Below, one piece after another: positions 13,441-24,560 of a stretch of 64,000 bases of DNA; the stretch's first letter is position 1, and each line of letters opens with the position of its first letter. Origin of the DNA: Lama glama (lineage: Eukaryota); contig CM052816.1 of assembly GCA_028534125.1 (NCBI GenBank), forward strand, positions 65,226,001 through 65,290,000. Direction: 5' to 3'. Position numbers and translations under genes: made by a program. The notes under the pieces are model-generated. The model saw only the letters and a program-made list of their open reading frames with translations. It did no database searches and had not been told where the DNA came from.

Positions 13441-14504
13441 GATGCTAAATAAAAGAAGTGGTGAAGAGCATTCTTGTATCATTCCTTATTTTAATAAAAG
13501 TAAACCGTATGTTTCACTATTGACTATAACATTGAATGTAAAAATATAAAGATTATTTTGACCCAGAGTTTATATATCAATGAAATACTTTATAAGTTAC
13601 TTGAAACCAAAGCCAAGGGTGAAAGCATGATTTCTGGCTCCCTCCATGGTGAGAGGGAATTTGGCATTACTTTATCTCCCTTTTTCTCACTAAGCCTCAA
13701 TCTTTATTAGTTTTTTTCTACAGACCTATTTTATTATTAAAAATATAACTTCTCTTAAATGATGGTTTCAGTTTTCATTTTTGTGTTTGTAAATATATTT
13801 TTATTAATATTGGTATTTAAGTATAACTTGAAAATGAAAACAATCAGTCTTTGTGTTCCCCTTAATGTTGTGATTTGGCACCTGATTACTCAAGGGAAAG
13901 ATTTTTTTCAGTGAGAGAATAAGCCAGCTAAATTTTAACCTGCTTTTCAAGAAGACATAATTTCAGGGGCCAGATAAACAATGTTCGCTGTTTTGTTTTT
14001 GTGGTTTGTGATTCTATTACTGTGTATATCATTGTGAAGTAAATAATTGATAGAAATCACATTTTTCTTTAAATTTTCTTTCCTTTCTCTGCTAACAAGC
14101 TAAAACCTACTTCATTTTTCAAGGTCACTCAGGGAAAGTACAATGCTATTTACAGAAGGTTAACTGAATCCTAGAGTTTCAGACAGACTTTCATCTTGAT
14201 GAGCATATGCAATAGAATATTACTGATGAGAACTTTCTCTATTCCTTTTTAAAAACTTTTTAGAAGTTTTGATGAGTGAACTATAGGAAGTGAATTTAGA
14301 AAGACTCCAGTGATTTCTGTCTCTTCTAATCAGTTTGAAATCACATCATATATTTGGATTATGCTCTGTGGATGTGTGAGCGCTATCTGCTATCTTTGCA
14401 TTAACCTGGGGTGGAAATTTTATTTTCTTATGGAATTCATTTTGGCAAGAGTACCTCTTCTATATTGGTATAAAAATATCCATTTGCAAATGGGTTGTGT
14501 TAGT

Positions 14505-14554
14505 TTAGTACAATGCTTTTTTAGTACAATGCTCTTTTAGTACAACCCTCTTTT
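14505..14554. repeat. Three-copy ~17-bp tandem repeat (ttagtacaatgctcttt)
   Basis: ttagtacaatgcttttt / tagtacaatgctctttt / agtacaaccctctttt. Confidence 0.85.
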
Positions 14555-15735
14555 CAATTTTAAGAGACGGTGGGTATTTGTTTTTTATTACCTTGACTTG
14601 CGACTTTCCTGTAAGATTATTTGAGCAAACTTACCATTGGATTTTAACATAAAATAAATATATATGTATATATATATAAATGAGTAATGAGATAAGGGGA
14701 AAAATCATTTGGTGTAAAGTTGAGGAATCTTAAAGTGTATTTTCAGTTATTGTGTTAGTGTCTTGTAAACAATTCATGGAGACATAGAATAAAATATATA
14801 TGTATATATATGTGTATATGTATATATGTATAATGTCTACTGTTGTATATAGTTCTTTTAGATTGTGAGCATGATCTTCAATTCATTGCAACAGTAACCT
14901 ATTAAACTATCCTGGTTCTTAGAGTGTTGGCTCAGTTTTCAAAAATTGTCTTGTATATATTACAAATTCAGGCATAGGGAAACTTTACTTTTTCAGAGCT
15001 TAATTTTACAGGAAACTAATTAGGCAGGAATAAGGAGTGTAACATTGGAAGTAATAAAAAAAAATCTTCAGCTTATTCTGCCTTCTTCCTGAAAATCCAT
15101 GCAATATTTTACATGCTTCCTTTTGCAATGCTTTATGTAGCATAGGTACTCTGGAGGAACTGGGTACCTGAAATCTTTCACTCTTATCTTTAAAATTTAG
15201 GTGAATGTACTTATTATAAGGATTATATTTGAAGAAAGTTTCAAACATGAGAACAGAGCAAAGCAATTTGATAGCTCAAGTCCTGGAATTTTAAAAGAAA
15301 TTCTTTATTATGGGCTGCAGCCTCTACCTAATTTGTATTAGCAGTTAACAACAACAACAAAAAATACAAGTAATACCAAATCTAATACTATTTCCCCATT
15401 TCCCAGTTTCTTACAGTTGAAAGTATGGAGGTCAAGTTTGTTTACTTTCTTCATTCATGCCTTCAACAAGGTTTATTTTGCATATGTTTTGTCCCAGGCA
15501 CTGGCTGAGTGGTGGAGGTATAAAAGTTGTTACAGCATACTCCTGTTCTTCCAGGGGTGTCCAAGCTAACACAGGGAATGGACACATAAGCAAGTCATTT
15601 CACTACAATTGGCAGGCTGAAGGCTGACTTGGGGTCATAAATAAAAAGGCAGAATTTATTTGTATTCATTGTCTTGACAAGTCTCATATATAAGTTCTCT
15701 TTCTCATTAAATCTGTCACCTACCGATCTGGACTG

Positions 15736-16235
15736 NNNNNNNNNNNNNNNNNNNNNNNNNNNNNNNNNNNNNNNNNNNNNNNNNNNNNNNNNNNNNNNNN
15801 NNNNNNNNNNNNNNNNNNNNNNNNNNNNNNNNNNNNNNNNNNNNNNNNNNNNNNNNNNNNNNNNNNNNNNNNNNNNNNNNNNNNNNNNNNNNNNNNNNNN
15901 NNNNNNNNNNNNNNNNNNNNNNNNNNNNNNNNNNNNNNNNNNNNNNNNNNNNNNNNNNNNNNNNNNNNNNNNNNNNNNNNNNNNNNNNNNNNNNNNNNNN
16001 NNNNNNNNNNNNNNNNNNNNNNNNNNNNNNNNNNNNNNNNNNNNNNNNNNNNNNNNNNNNNNNNNNNNNNNNNNNNNNNNNNNNNNNNNNNNNNNNNNNN
16101 NNNNNNNNNNNNNNNNNNNNNNNNNNNNNNNNNNNNNNNNNNNNNNNNNNNNNNNNNNNNNNNNNNNNNNNNNNNNNNNNNNNNNNNNNNNNNNNNNNNN
16201 NNNNNNNNNNNNNNNNNNNNNNNNNNNNNNNNNNN
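15736..16235. other. Assembly gap, exactly 500 N
   Basis: Run of n from 15736 to 16235. The round size indicates a placeholder scaffolding gap. Confidence 0.99.
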
Positions 16236-16431
16236 TTTTATGGGCCAAGTGTGAAAGTGGCACCCATTTCCTTGGCCTATAATCCATCACATGTAATGTA
16301 ATACCATTGATGTGTCTACATCTACTTGCAAGGGAGGTTGGAATGTGGTCTATCTAGCTGGTGCCCAGAAAGAATCAATCTCTCCTTCAGGGCCAATGCC
16401 TATACATTTTAAGATAATATTGCTTTAAAAT

Positions 16432-16496
16432 GTATATATATATATATGTATGTATATATGTGTGTATATATGTATATGTATGTGTATATATATAAT
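16432..16496. repeat. (TA/TG)n compound microsatellite
   Basis: Visible directly. A similar tract lies at ~14795-14831. Confidence 0.9.
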
Positions 16497-17474
16497 ATGA
16501 AACATCAAAAATTCTGAGATTATCAGCAAACACAGTGATTTATTTAACACAAGTTATATTATGTCCCCACACCAAAGGCCTTATTAAGTGGTTTTCTACC
16601 TACTTTAGAAGGAAAAAAGAGAACAAAGAAAGTAATTAAATATCTTTCATGTAAACTAAAGAACACAGTAATCATGATTACAACAGAAGGAGAAACAACA
16701 ACATATTTAACACTCACTCATTCATTTTAACTCTTAATTCCTGAGGAATTGCTTGCTTTAGGCATACCTTTCATAGAGATACTCATCCTAACAGTGGAAA
16801 GATTTAAAGTTATTTTTCTGACAGCTCTTCCAAATAAGTTGGTTAATTATTGAAGAGAATTTCATTTTATTACAAACTCACAGGTTTGTATTAAACTCAT
16901 TCAAATATTTTAGCATTTTTTCTTTTGATATGGCATATGTTGAAGCTAAATAAGAGAAATTTTTGAGTCCCATGAATATCAAGTTGAATGCAGTTTCATT
17001 TTTTGTTATGACTTTTATTATACTCTTTAATTCAACATAGTACATTTTAATAGAGAGTATAGAAAGTAGTAATAAACAAAAGTATGAAAATCACCACCAG
17101 CACCATCAATCACCCAGAGAAAGCCATTTTCGATAACTAGGATATATCCTTCAATAATTTTTCTATAGATATAATATGTGATGGTTTTTGGTTTTATTTT
17201 AGTGTTGTGTTACAAAAATGAGATCATATTATAATGCGTTTTTCCCACTTGACATTATATCATGAACATAATCACATATTCTTCTGCATTATTTAAATAG
17301 TCTCATAGTATTTCATAATATGACATATCAAAATTTATCAAAAGCCAATCCCTCAGTATAACAATTAGATTACGTCCAGTTATTTGTTATCATAAATAGG
17401 CTGCAGCGAACATCTTTGTTGTTGACTCTTTGCCAAACTGTCTTACTGGAACATGTCTAAAATGTCAAAACCAT

Positions 17475-17660
17475 TAGTTCCCAAATTTAAGTACACATGA
17501 GAATCATACGGAGACTTACTCAGACTCCCAGGCCCTAATCATAGAAATTCTGATTAGGCAGATCTGGAATAGGGCCTGCAAGTCTGAATTTTAGTAAATA
17601 CCTTCTGCAATTCTCATGCAAGAAGTTTCAGCATGACTTTTTGTGAGATAATGCCTTAGA
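17475..17660. mobile_element. MER5A-like hAT-Charlie MITE
   Basis: agaatcatacggagactt...cagactcccaggccc...gaaattctgattaggcagatctggaatagggcctg. Confidence 0.7.
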
Positions 17661-18210
17661 GGTGTTAATAAATACTGTCTTTTCCCTTGATCTCTTGCAA
17701 AAAATGCCACTTCCCTACAATAACATGAATTATATATTGTCCTGGATTCAGTTCTACATTTCTTAGCAAAATAAGGCCATCTGACCTCTTGCTTTTGACT
17801 TGGTAAAGTTGTTCTATTTTTTTTTTTTTGAAGTATCATCAAAACACATTGATCTGGGACTTTTAGAAAGCCATTTGTTATTGCTGTTTTTAAATAGAAA
17901 CATTAGGATATAAGCATCTACAGCTTTATCGTTTTTATTATCAAGATAAAAATGCTGCACTTTAGTGTTAATAGAGGTTGTCCTCCCCAAAGAAGGTTCC
18001 TCATGAGGTGGTTTTATCGAAAAGAGAATGTCACAAACCTTCAGTCTTTTGTCATATAATCTGGATTATGGAAAGCATTCTTGCATTTGCAATGCTATCT
18101 TTATAAAAAGATGTTAACTTTGTCCAAATACATTCAGTGTTTAGCTCTGCTGGCCTCATCTTTTGTTCTTCTTTTCTGTGTTTATCCCAAAGAAGGATAT
18201 CTACATCCTT

Positions 18211-19098
18211 TTTTTTTTAAGTATGTAAATTTTTTATTTTTAAACATTTTTTATTTATTTATAATCATTTTACAATGTTGTGTCAAATTCCAGTGTTCAG
18301 CACAATTTTTCAGTCATACATGGACATGTACACACTCATTGTCACATTTTTTTCTTGTGAGCTACCATAACATTTTTTGTATATTTCCCTGTGCTATACA
18401 GTATAATCTTGTTTATATATTCTACAATTTTGAAATCCCAGTCTATCCCTTCCCACCCTCCACCCCCGTGGCAACCACAAGTCTGTATTCTATGTCTATG
18501 AGTCTATTTCTGTCCTGTATTTACACTTTGTTTTTTTGTTTGTTTGTTTGTTTGCTTCTGTTTTTGTTTTTTAGATTCCACATATGAGCAATCTCATATG
18601 GTATTTTTCTTTCTCTTTCTGGCTTACTTCACTTAGAATGACATTCTCCAGGAGCATCCATGTTGCTGCAGATGGCGTTATGTTGTTGATTTTTATGGCT
18701 GAGTAGTATTGCATTGTATAAATATACCACATCTTCTTTATCCTTACACCATATACAAAAATCAACTCAAAATGGATCGAAGACTTAAACATAAGACAAG
18801 ATACAATAAACTTCCTAGAGGAAAACATAGGCAAAACATTATCTGACATACATCTCAAAAATTTTCTCCTAGAAGAAATAAAAGCAAGAATAAACAAATG
18901 GGACCTAATGAAACTTACAAGCTTCTTCACAGCAAAGGAAACCATAAGTAAAACAAAAAGACAACCTACGGAATGGGAGAAAATTTTTGCAAATGAAACC
19001 GACAAAGGCTTGATCTCCAGAATATATAAGCAGCTCATACGACTCAATAAGAAAAAAATAAACTACCCAATCCAAAAAAATGGGCAGAAGACCTCAAC
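18211..19098. mobile_element. Young L1 insertion with 5' inversion (- strand 18211-~18743, + strand ~18743-19098) and 18-bp TSD
   Basis: The minus part is poly-A, 3'UTR and the ORF2 C-terminus ([17 protein letters not shown]...EKYHMRLLICGI). The plus part is upstream ORF2 ([28 protein letters not shown]). TSD aaggatatctacat(c/t)ctt at 18193-18210 and 19099-19116. Confidence 0.93.
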
Positions 19099-19753
19099 AA
19101 GGATATCTACATTCTTAAGTCATTAACTTCTCTTGAGAAATCTGTGAGGCAGATTATGACCTGTTAGCGGTCCCAGAGTGGCTTGAGTTTGCAGGTCTGT
19201 CCTTAGAGGAACACACAGAACTGCACAAACCCACAGAGGCTCACTTTCTCAGCCTAAAAGTGAAGAATGCTACATGTGCACTCATGTTCTCCCTTCTTTT
19301 TCTGTATTTGCCACTTCACTCAACATTGATTTTGCCATTGGCTGTTCTAAAATCAGAGTATTTCAGAACTGAAAGTGGTCTTAAGATTCATTTTGTACAA
19401 CCTCTTGATTTGACATCTAAAGAAGCCAAAGCCCAGCAAGGTTAAAGTGACTTCTTGATACCACATAAGTAATTAGTGACAGAATCAGGCCTAGAATATC
19501 TATCTCCTGATGTAATCAACAAGGATTGTCATTAATTTCCAGTGTTTATGTAGGACTGTCCTGGTCTCCGTTTGTGTTTTTTTTTTTTTAAAGACAATGT
19601 GAGGCATATTAAATTATAATCAGTTAGTGTATGTTCTGTTCTTTTCTAGTAGTATACACCTTGCCAAAGACCATACTTGTTAGAGGTAGTTCAGGGTAGT
19701 TGTTATTAGTTTCAGCTTTAATTAAAGGAGATTTGGGTTTGGCTCTTGGCTTG

Positions 19754-19863
19754 TAGGGTGATCAGTCCTCCTAGTTTGCTTAAGACTGGTGGGTTTCCCC
19801 AAACATGGATTTGAAGTGCGACAAGCAGAAAGTCCAAGGCAAACTGGAATGTTGGTTACCTTA
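19754..19863. mobile_element. MER81-like hAT-Blackjack MITE
   Basis: Terminal inverted repeats tagggtgatca... / ...ttggttacctta over ~110 bp. Confidence 0.7.
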
Positions 19864-20054
19864 CTAATCATGTGGCTGTGTGACCAAGGCATGCCATTTT
19901 AAATGTCTCTGTTTCTTTTTATGTAAAATGTAAGAACTAGTAGAACTTCACCCAGAGGATTGCAGTGAAAATTAAATGATATGCTATATTTAATACAGCA
20001 CTCAATAAACCCAGCACTTGATAAGAACTCAGTGAATACTAGCCATTATTATTA

Positions 20055-20565
20055 ATTTTTTTCTAGTTTTGTTGAGATATAATTGATACACAGCAGTATA
20101 TAAGTTTAAGGTATACAGCATAGTGATTTTACCTAAAAATATCTTAAAATGTTTACCACACGTTAAGTCAACATTCATCATCTTGTGTAAATTCAAAAAG
20201 AAAATGAAAAAGAAAAAATATTTTCCTTATAATAACTCTTAGGATTTACTCTCTTAATAACTCTCATATAGACCGTACAGCAATGTTAACTATAGTCATC
20301 GTGCTATACATTACATCCCTAGTACTTATTTATTTTATAAATGGAGGTTTGTACGTTTTAACCATTTTTATTCAGTTTCCCCTCCCTTACCCCCACTTCT
20401 GGTTACCACAAATCTGACCTCTTTTCCTATGAGTTTTTTTTAGATTCCACGTCTGAATGAGATCATACAGACTTATTTTTCTCTGTCTGACATTTCACTT
20501 AGCGTAATGCCCTCGAGATCAATGTATATTGTCTCAAGTGGCAGAATTTCCAGTTTTTTAAAGCT
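20055..20565 (-). mobile_element. L1MA9-like 3' end
   Basis: ttttgttgagatataattgatacacagc...ttagattccac...gagatcatacag...tttcacttagcgtaatgccctc. Confidence 0.8.
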
Positions 20566-20909
20566 GTTACTATTATTAATGTTGTTTTGCACAGCAAGTC
20601 ATTTCCTCAAAGCACAGATTCTCAGTCTAGATCTTCATATCTAGGATTTGAAATAAATTAACTTTGTTTTTAGCTTTGACCTCTTCTTTACCTTCTCAGT
20701 GCCTTTTTTTTTTTTTTGGTTCTATTTATCCATGAACTTAGACAATAAAACCCAAGGCTGAGTAGAATCCACCATTGCATTGCCTTCCACATTTTTCGAG
20801 ATATAAATCAGAAAGAGACAGATTTTCTGTCTGGAAAACAATATGAATGAATGCAATATCAAAGGCAGCATAGTGCTATGAAAAGATAAAGGAAATTAGC
20901 GTGGATTAT

Positions 20910-21420
20910 AATAATAATAGCTGCCATTCTGTTGAGTGCAAACTCTGTGCCAGATATTAGTACTTCAAATATTTCCTCTGTCTGCTCCAGACAATGACTC
21001 TGAGAAGTAAATATTATTATTATCCTCAATGTTCCAATGGAGAGTCAACCTCAGTGAGCCTTAGTTGCTTGTCCAAAGATAGTAGTACAATAAGAAGTGC
21101 AGCAAACTTTCAAAACACTTTTGCAAAATGTGGACTCTGTAAAGGCAGTGCACTTTTAACTTATAACCAACAGGTTAATTTTGGAAAAAATACTTTGCCT
21201 CTCTGGGCTTGTTTCTTTACCCTGTAAAACTCAGAAGGCAAGGAAACTGCCATTTATGACTGCTTATCACATCACATACATGATCTCTTTAATTCTTGTG
21301 GGTAAACATTATTCCCATTTTTATAATAAAGAAACAGAAACCTTAGGGAAATTAAGCAACACTCTGCAAACCCAACTAATAAAGTGGCAATGCAAGGATT
21401 CTAAAACTCAGCATGTTATC
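20910..21420 (-). mobile_element. Degenerate MIR fragments
   Basis: ataatagctgccatt...ctctgtgccag...tattatcctc...; attcccattttt...gaaacagaaaccttag...taagcaac. Confidence 0.6.
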
Positions 21421-22228
21421 TGATAACATTTGGTGGCTCTATCATTCTGAGCACGTAAGTAAAATAAACATTGCTAGAATAGACTTTCCAACCACTTGGT
21501 AATAATTATTACTGATATAACAGTATATTTTTTGACTAGAATCAAAATATTACATTTTCTTCTTTATTCTAGACTTGATTTGCCTTTGCATGTGCAAAGG
21601 TAGCAAGATAATAAAGATCTAATTTGCAAAATTCAGCTGTGATTTAAGTGAAAGTTTACTAGGTACTCAGATTTTCTTTTCATGTCTGTTTTTTATGCCC
21701 CTCACAAAGCCTTATTATAAAATTTTGCAAAGAATATCTGAGTAACATGTGAGGTATGAAACCATGTGTTACAAACACGGTCCTAAGTATATTTGTATTC
21801 ATTTTCTTCCCCTTTCTTCATATATGCATGGATATGTCATATGTCAAAGTACATATATTAAAATGAAATTTATGCAGTTCACTTCATAGATGGTAGAAAG
21901 ATGTTTCAATTTACTCTTATTTCATGGAATTCATTAACAAAGCTCATAAATTCTATGATATTGGAAATGTCAGTGAACTGTAACAGCCGAGTCATATTGA
22001 AATATCCTGGTGGACAGCTAAGACTATTTTAAAAATAAATCTAGATTTCAGCCATTAGTTCTAGCCTTTTCACCAAATATTTTTTCTGTTAATGCCATTG
22101 CTTTCTAGTTAGCATTTTTCATGGAGAAGTTTCCCTTAATTTTTTTCTCCAAAAGTGTAAAGCCATCATGTAATGTTAAATCCTGGGGCTTGTGTTCATT
22201 GCTATACTTTGTGTAATTTTTGCCTCAG

Positions 22229-22458
22229 GCCTCTGAGGAAACACTGCATTCCAGTAATGAAGAGGAAGACCCTTTCCGAGGAATGGAACCCTATCTTGTT
22301 CGGAGACTTTCTTGTCGCAATGTTCAGCTTCCCCCTCTCGCCTTCAGACAGCTGGAACAAGCTGACTTGAAAAGTGAATCAGAGAACGTTCAAAGACCGA
22401 CCAGCCTCCCTCTGAAGATTCTACCATTGATTGCGATCACTTCTGCAGACTCCAGTAG
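22229..22458 (+). CDS. PDE4D: Internal coding exon of cAMP-specific phosphodiesterase 4D, PDE4D7 isoform-specific N-terminal region (aa ~15-90; phase 0 start, phase 2 end)
   Basis: The translation ASEETLHSSNEEEDPFRGMEPYLVRRLSCRNVQLPPLAFRQLEQADLKSESENVQRPTSLPLKILPLIAITSADSS matches human PDE4D7 as I recall it (MKRNTCDLLSRSKS-ASEETLHSSNEEEDPFRGMEPYLVRRLSCRNIQ...IAITSAESSG-FDVDNG). Acceptor is tttttgcctcag|GCC (AG 22227-22228) and donor is AG|gtgagt (GT 22459-22460). Length 230 nt = 76 codons + 2 nt. Confidence 0.96.
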
Positions 22459-23696
22459 GTGAGTCACTTTGGGCGACATTTCCCCATTTTATATTTTTGA
22501 TGATGATTGTTATCTGTGGTCTTTGCATTTTGTGGCTCATTGCTTGATTTGAGTGGGAGGAACATGGGGTTTCTAGAGCCAAAAGAAAGAAGGGTGATTT
22601 TTCTCAGGTAATGTTTCTATCTCTGCAGGGGGAGACATTTTGTCAAATTGTTTTACAAGGAGGATTTGAAAAGGTATTGATGAATGATAGTGAGCATCTG
22701 GGAAAGAGAACTTGGTCTTGGAAGATTAATATTGGTCATAGGTGATTTAATAGAAAATTTCTTAACAAATGAGAACTAATGGACAAATTACCATGTAGTT
22801 ATACATCTCTGGAAATAGTAGGCAATATTCATTGATGCAAAATGAATTTGGAATCAAGAATAGGTTGTACTATAATTAGGACCAAAGGAAATATGCAATT
22901 ATAGTCATGAGCCTAGTAATTTGGCCTTTAACATTTTCAGGTGTTGCTTATTAGAATAATGTTTCAGTTCCTAGCATAAGGTGGTTTTATTCTGCATCAG
23001 ACAGTGAGAACTCCATAGTATAACATTTGTATTTCCTGCTTTGCAGAGTATTTGGGTTTTTATTCTTTTCCTGTTGTTTACCAATGGAATTTTTACTCTC
23101 TAATAGTCATTCACCAGGTAAAAATTGTCAAAGAACATGAGGATAGTGGGCATGTCTGTTATTAGTTTTTTTGGCTAGCTACATTTTTAAGAAGAGAGGA
23201 TGAAGGCAGTGGTCTATACTTGGACAGACTTGAACACTTGCTAAGATTACAAGAACAAAGTAATTTGTGATGCTGCAAATGTGAGTCCGCCTCATTCTCT
23301 GCCAAGTTAAAGGCACGTCTAGAGAATGTACCTTTTGGATTTTCCTTAAAGTTATTAGGAAAGTTGGGGTCAGAAAAAATTTAACCAGTAACTTCATATA
23401 AGATACCAAGTTTAGCTATTTGAATCATTACAGACCAGTTCAAAGCACCTATGTTATTAAAAGTTATGAGGAAATCACTACTGGGTAAATAAGACAACGA
23501 ATTCTTACTTTGAAGTGATGGAAAGAGGAAGTATGTGATGTGTTTGTTTTTTGGTGAACTATGTATATAAGGAAGATTGTCACCTATTGATCAGACACAC
23601 TAAAGCAGGGAGGAATTTTATATGGCAGCTTGATCTGAGCATTCTTTGAAAAATATGGTCTCAAAAACCCCCTTTGGTGTCAATACCACTTCATCT

Positions 23697-24560
23697 GTGT
23701 AGAGGGCAGGATTCATCTGCCAGGTGTGTCAGAGCTCATCAAGTCCACCCCTTGGTTTAATAATTTGCTAGGAAATCTCCCAGAACTAAGTAAGTAGTCA
23801 TATTCACAGCTGGGATTGATTACAGCAAAAGAATACAGAGCAAAATTAGCAAAGAGAAAGGCACATTAAAACAAAATTTGAAGGAAGCTAGATACAAGTT
23901 TTCAAGAGTTCCTTCTCCCACTGGAATCAGACAGGATGCAGTTAATTCCTCCACTATTGAGTTGTGATCATACATGTGACATGTGTTCACCAGAGAAGCC
24001 TTCTACCAGGGAAACCTATTTAAGCCTCAGTGGCTTCTGGGAGGTATCTACAAGAGTCAATCTCACAGAAACAGAGTAGAATGGAGGTTGCCAGGGGCTG
24101 GCAGCAGGGAAATGGGGTATACAGTTTCAATTATGCAAAATGAACAAATCCCTGAGATCTGCAGTTGATGATACCGTATTCTACATTTAAAACTTTGTCA
24201 AAAGGCTAGATGTCATGTTAAATGTTCTTACCACAACAAAAAAAAATTAAAAACAAAAAATAAAAGATACACTCAGTGCCCAGAATTTTTACTGAGGGCT
24301 GGTCACTGAGGCCCTCTCTGCCTAGCATGTGCCTAAATTCCAGATTCCCAGAAGGAAAGCAATTGTTCAGCATAAACCACTATTTTTTTTTTTTTTTGCA
24401 TGATCAGTGTAGGCACATGGAACCACTCTTAGCAGTTAGGGAATGATGCGAACCCTCTTGAAATCCAAGTTCCCACATGCCAGCAAAGGGCCAGCCTTTC
24501 CAACAGGCTTTTCTAATGATAACAGTCTCAGGCCTAATGGAAACTCTTTTCTGCACAGCA
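23697..24560. mobile_element. MER21-like ERVL LTR interrupted by an L1 fragment
   Basis: ttacagcaaaagaatacagagcaaaattagcaaagagaaaggcac; aaattccagattcccagaaggaaagc...ttcagcataaaccac; aaatccaagttcccacatgccagcaaagggcc. Confidence 0.7.
24035..24265 (+). mobile_element. L1MA/MB-like 3' end nested in the MER21-like LTR
   Basis: cacagaaacagagtagaatggaggttgccaggggctgg...atgttaaatgttcttaccacaacaaaaaaaaattaaaaacaaaaaataaaa, ending in an A-rich tail. Confidence 0.75.

Larger units (their letters stand above)
1..22228 (+). other. PDE4D: Intron upstream of the PDE4D7 exon (3' part)
   Basis: The preceding exon encoding MKRNTCDLLSRSKS is not in the window. The region ends in a canonical acceptor and is repeat-rich with no CpG island. 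Confidence 0.85.

Noticed and set aside
14505..14554. Short direct repeats resembling a CRISPR array
   Set aside because: The units are head-to-tail with no spacers, there are no cas genes, and the context is eukaryotic.
15595..16290. Longest ORFs in the track (231 and 202 aa)
   Set aside because: They are artefacts of translating the N gap.
18571..19126. ORFs with L1 ORF2 similarity as possible functional genes
   Set aside because: They are fragments of a truncated, inverted L1 with no endonuclease or RT domain.
22173..22370. Overlapping alternative-frame ORF (MLNPGACVHC...)
   Set aside because: It begins in the intron, resembles no protein I recognise, and its length is expected by chance.
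22220..22462. ORF-track call of a standalone 80-aa protein starting MPQ
   Set aside because: The start is an intronic TTG and the stop lies in the GTGAGT donor. The real unit is the spliced exon 22229-22458.
22596..22630. ttttctcag|gtaatg as a recursive-splice motif
   Set aside because: The pyrimidine tract is short, it is only ~150 nt from the real donor, and it is a weak match expected by chance.
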